Source: Hydrurus foetidus
Taxonomy: Eukaryota
Length of the DNA: 64,000 nt
NCBI GenBank assembly: GCA_900617105.1
Contig: UYFQ01000652.1
Coordinates: 1-64,000 of the forward strand
Reading direction: 5' to 3'
In this document: one piece after another, positions 59,407-64,000 of the stretch
Layout: every line of letters starts with the position of its first letter
Numbering within the stretch: the first letter of the stretch is position 1
Made by a program: the position numbers and the translations under genes
Notes under the pieces: model-generated
The model's database searches: none
What the model saw: only the letters and a program-made list of their open reading frames with translations
What the model was told of the DNA's origin: nothing

Positions 59407-59675
59407 TCGAATGTCATTGCATACTTCACTTAAGGCTAAATGGTCAATATGATCAAACTCATCTTTTACTTCAATGTTTTCGTCAACATCTATTTTATTA
59501 CCGTCTTCAACAGCATTTTTTTAACCCTCTTCTTCGCTATTTTTAATGCTGATTCTAAATAAAAAATTGAATGCTTTTCACCAAACGATTTATCAATTTC
59601 ATTTATTAATTCATTTCTATTTATATTAATCATTCGTTGACCAAGCTTATCGGGCGATTTTCTCTTTCTGACTGT

Positions 59676-60347
59676 CTAGATGTCGAGTCGATTTTTGAAA
59701 GGTTTAAAGTGCAAGGTGCCTAGAACAGCAGCTGCAGAGCAATGGACTGATGCAGGATAGTTGCTACGCTGCAGCAAATCATCACGTATTTCTCGTATGG
59801 CTGAAAGTAGGTCGGCGATATCCCGCATCGGAGGGCAGTAGTATGAAGAGAATTTGATTTCTGTACTTCTAATATGACCCTCTAGACTGAAGTACGGAGA
59901 CAAGGATTTATCCCTATGAAACATAGTTATACGAGTAACGCTTCTCCTCCTCAGTCCTGCAGAGAACAGATTCATTCCATGTTTTAATGCGACAGAATTC
60001 ACTCCAAAATTTGCTGTATTTCCCCACGGCAAATTATTCATTTTGATACTCAATTCCTCCGCGGACCACTGTTAATCCACATTCGCCTCATCAACTTTAT
60101 GTCTTGCAAGCATAATTGCAAGCATAAATGAAGAATAATCTATCTCTGGAAGGTATTCCTTGTTGACACGCTGCATACTATACCTATTTGCAAAGCAGCC
60201 ATACAGTCAAGACAATTTATGATAAGTTGTGTTTCTCAGCAAATTCAGGTAGCCAATAGACTTCAGTTGTAGAATTCAGTCACAAAAGCTTTCGCAGATT
60301 GATGATACAGTCGGAATTTGACAGTTCGTGGAGTGTGATTTTGTCAT
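59676..60347 (-). pseudogene. Decayed ORF (~220 codons, 3 internal stops), weakly PTP/DSP-like near its end
   Basis: One frame runs from ATG 60347 with three stops; ends ...DLLSAIREIRDDLLQRSNYPASVHCSA. Confidence 0.3.
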
Positions 60348-60567
60348 GCTTACTTTTGCGTCAGTAGCTCGGAATGGTTTTTGACTCGATTTGAGAAACG
60401 TGAAAAGCACCTCGACTGGCAGTACGCCAGCTAACTGAGATGATGCTTGAATTGCAGTAAAGTGCTGTATCGATTGAGATAGTAATGATGGATGTCAGAT
60501 GTGGTTATGCCTGATAGTGGTCGATTCGGAGCCGATTTCCGTTTTGTAAAACAAAACATATCACAGC

Positions 60568-60890
60568 TAGGACGAACGAACATTCGTTCGTCCGAATATG
60601 AACGAACATTGAACATGAACGAAAAAAAGCGGGGTTTTTCGTTCGTTCGCGAAAGGATGAAGGATAGAAATGAAATAAGTAAAAACCGTTCATGAACGAA
60701 TCAAACATGAACGACACATGAACGAATTCGTTCGTGAACGATGAACGATAGGAGCAGTGTTCCAAAATGACGTTCGTGAACGGACAGTGAAAAAATTCGT
60801 TCATCATTCGTTCATGTTTCGTTCATTTCGTTCATGTTTCGTTCATGTTTCGTTCATGTTTCGTTCATGTTTCATTTATGATTCGTTCAA
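60568..60890. repeat. Array of ATGAACGA / TCGTTCAT motifs in both orientations, probable hAT subterminal repeats
   Basis: About 20 GAAC/GTTC-core units; hairpin GGACGAACGAA-CA-TTCGTTCGTCC at 60570-60593; CAGTGTT (hAT-like terminus) at 60755. Confidence 0.65.
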
Positions 60891-61500
60891 TTTACATTTA
60901 ACTTTCCTTCGTCTTTATCCTGAGTAGTGTCACAGGCATATGCGCATACATTTAGAGACCGTATCGATGCATATGTACCTATATTCTCTCATATATTTAC
61001 ATATTCAGAACAGAAAATTCCACATGCAATCCATTTTTAAGTACCTATCTGCGACAACAATCCCCAATCACATCAATTATCGTAAACGTGAACAAATGCT
61101 CATGCTTTTTGCCCCCAAAAATACTTGTCGAAAAAAAATAAAAAAATAAAAAAAGATTATCGCTGCAATCGCATTTTCGACAGGAACTCAGATCGCTACA
61201 GTTTTTTCGATTTTTCTCCTCAAATAATGGTCTGATCGGGATTCTGAGCGTATTTCCGATCTACTGCATAATTTGTTTTTTTGGAGTGCCTGGAACTCGG
61301 AACTAAAAATCCCGGACCTTGGATCTGGTTCCGTAATTAATGAAAAATACTGATTTCCACCGCAATTGAATCGTGACTGAGATTGAAAGTTGAAAGTTGG
61401 AACCATTCAGATGTGATTCGATTAGCGAGTAGACTCCGGTAGACTTCCCACTGACGGCAATGCAGCATTCACGCCTGCGACACTCGGTGATTAGTGGACG

Positions 61501-63047
61501 ATGAATTTCTATTTGACTCAAAGTTGCGTTGGCAAATCTATGCCTTCGGCGTCGTGTAACTCGACATCTCCAGCACAAGAAGACGCTTTCGATGGAGAAA
61601 GCTTGATGATCATGCACGAAACTGCACCTTCAGCAAGAACTCCGACCGAAGCAATCATGAGAGATAATTATAACGTCAACGTAGCAGCAATGGATACGGC
61701 AAACGACATCATGGAAGAGAACTATGATCAGCAAGAGGCGAATTTCGATCTCGACGAGGCTGGAGTGGATTCGGAGAATTTAGTCGACGGCCATAATATC
61801 ATTGTGCTTAATCAAGATGAGTCTATGGCAGACGAAGTCATAATCGTTGCCCCGCCGCAAAAAGTTGCTAGCATATTCGGAAATGTGGGAACACGGTGCG
61901 ACCCAGAAGAAGTCATAGCCGCAGGATGTGCAACCTTTGCAGTGCCGCAGGGTTGGATTAGGTCAGAGTGGAGTGATTTAATCACCTTGACCTACTGACA
62001 AACGAATCCAATTTCATTCCATCATTTTGAAATACAACAGAATCCCAACGCCTATCACTAAATGCTCAGTTATATACGGATATGGACTCATTTGTGAGCG
62101 AGCAGTTGCAAATCGACCTTCGGAAAGATTTTTCTACTGTCAGGCGCATTTCACATGCAGGAGAGCAGCCAGCAAATTCAAAATGCCCAATGGAGGGACA
62201 TCAGGTGCTGCCGATCAGGTGCTGCCGATCATTTAGCCAACAAACACGGCATTCGAGCACAGAAGACTATCATGGTCGAAGAAAAGCGTACTGCCCTTGT
62301 CGGTAAGTACATATGCACAATATTGTGCATAATTGCACAATACTCTAAACTTTGCTTTTAGATAAATACGTCATAATCCTAAAATCCACCTCGACTCTTG
62401 TCACCTCACATCACCACCTTATCCCAACTCAACTCACCTCGCCTCGTCTCACCTCACCTCACCTCATATCACCTCACCTCATACTCACTTAATCTCACCT
62501 TTACCTCACATACACCCAATTAAATTGACTGTCAAAATATATATGTAATGTTGACTAGGTCACGTACAGAGTATTGTAATGAGTCCGGAGTTCAATAAGA
62601 ACAAAAATAGAGTGAAAGCGCTTACATGGGTTATGAATTGTGTTATCTTTCACTTTTTACCCTTCGACTTTTGTACCCACCCTATAATAAGAACCACTTT
62701 CGACGTCATGACTGACGGGGTGCGAACAATGCCATACGAATCTCTACATCCAAAAGCAATCAGACATCTAATAGTTGAGATATACACTGCCCTAAAGGAC
62801 GTAATAGTAGATATCATTCAGAAAAACAGTAATGATATGCCAATTCCTAACGTGCACTTTACCGTTGACAAAGTAAAAAGCAAAGTCTCAAGTGATAATT
62901 ACCTTGGCCTTAGAGTGTTTCTTTTAGACAAAGTAGGAAAATATCGAAGCATAAATCTTTCCATTAAAGAGTATCTACCATCAAGTAGTTTTAAAGCTTC
63001 GTTAGTCCTCAATACTTGGCTTACGCACTCTTTCAAAGAGTTCGACC
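61501..63047 (+). mobile_element. hAT-family transposase pseudogene (BED finger and first catalytic motif), intron 62303-62558, truncated at ~63047
   Basis: FFYCQAHFTC...GTSGAADHLANKH BED finger; HFLPFDF; HFTVDKVKS...NYLGLRVFLLD; stop near 61996 and a 14-bp duplication frameshift at 62200-62227. Confidence 0.8.
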
Positions 63048-64000
63048 TGTGGCTCCCTCAGGGTCTGCTACCCCATTCAGCCGATTAGATGCTGTTTCCA
63101 CCTTAGTACCTTCGTGTTCACAGCCACGACTATCAGTCACTAGCTAGTTTGTGCTGCTTTGCAGAAGTTACTAGCGTACCTTCTGCTCTCAACCCTAACT
63201 AACCAGCTTCTTTTAGCCTTTAGACCTCCCTTCTCTTTGCCTTCCAAGGTCACAGTAGATCTACTTCCTTTAGTTTCTCTTCTTTAGACCCTATCCTCCT
63301 ACTCTAAGCTACCATCCTCTACGCTACCCTGCTGCCCTAACTCTCCCGATTACCTGCGTGGAGAATCTCGAATTTTATTCGAAATTCTCGTTTGCGAGCA
63401 ATTCTTACTATCGCGAGCAAGTCTCCGAAGTCTGGTCGCCGTAAACTTAGTCACTCGGAATCTCCCGATACTTGACTATTTTGTGGTTGCTTGAGTTTCA
63501 TCTCAGCAATCCCATACTATTGTGCAGAGTTAACTCCGTTAACTTCTGCCCAGTTTCGCTTCAAGCTTGCTTGATTGACGTCCGTGGATAGCTTTGTCTT
63601 CCACGCCGTTCTCGTAGTCACTCGGGTTGAGATTTCTCTCCCGATACTTGACTGTCTTGTGGTTGCTTGAGTTTCATCTCAGCAATCCCAAATTTTTGTG
63701 CAGAGTTAACTCAGTTAACTTCTGCCCATCTCTCGCCGCAAGCTTTGCTTGGCTGACGTCCGTGGATAGCTTTGTCTTCCACGCCGTTCTCGTGGTTGGT
63801 CGAGCAAGTCTCCCAATCCCGGCTCATTCTGTACGGATTGATTCATTCATCCGTCCAGACTTTATTTGACTTATTTCACTTCGCCTAATCGTCTGTTTGA
63901 TTTTCATCCAAACGGCACGAGGCGAAGCCCTTGCAATTTTTTTTGGCGACTTCCGCTACTTAAAATTGTCAAGACATAAGTCATTTAACAATGCCGTTAT
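63048..64000 (+). mobile_element. Probable LTR of a retrotransposon inserted into the hAT transposase, running off the window
   Basis: Abrupt switch at TG (63048) from coding to pyrimidine/CTAG-rich DNA resembling 1899-2065; no second copy to confirm. Confidence 0.5.
63449..63793. repeat. Two diverged tandem copies (167 and 178 bp)
   Basis: 63449-63615 and 63616-63793 both start agtcactcgg and end ccacgccgttctcgt. Confidence 0.9.

Noticed and set aside
56016..60424. Defined TIR pair enclosing HIRAN plus pogo
   Set aside because: The right candidate (gcacctcgactggcagta) matches the left end only loosely; boundaries are not supportable.
60568..60890. CRISPR-like array
   Set aside because: Short motifs in both orientations, no unique equal-length spacers, no cas genes, eukaryotic context.

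Overview
Eukaryotic nuclear DNA with GT-AG introns. A bipartite plastid-targeting presequence points to an ochrophyte (photosynthetic stramenopile); this is inferred. The middle ~39 kb holds two convergent host genes. One is a giant ~48-exon HECT E3 ubiquitin ligase (10558-46585 +, roughly 8,000 aa by manual exon summation) with 4 SPRY, 2 LamG-like, MIB/HERC2, UBA, 3 SH3-like repeats, an in-frame SUMO-like domain and a C-terminal HECT. The other is a two-exon plastid-type MATE transporter (47504-49249 -). Both flanks are transposon-rich. Left flank: a chromodomain Ty3/gypsy 3' end, two Copia fragments with ~125-bp LTRs and a DNA-transposon relic. Right flank: a young full-length Copia (49364-55312, TACCA target duplication), a spliced HIRAN-domain (pseudo)gene, a DD35D pogo transposase, a BED-hAT transposase and a probable further LTR. 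The most striking signal is that the full-length Copia has no tRNA-type primer-binding site. Instead the 11 nt at its LTR/leader junction are the exact reverse complement of an 11-mer inside the LTR, ~40 nt below a TATA-like box. This is the geometry of Tf1-type self-primed reverse transcription, which I know only from Ty3/gypsy elements. All domain calls are by motif recognition; no searches were run.
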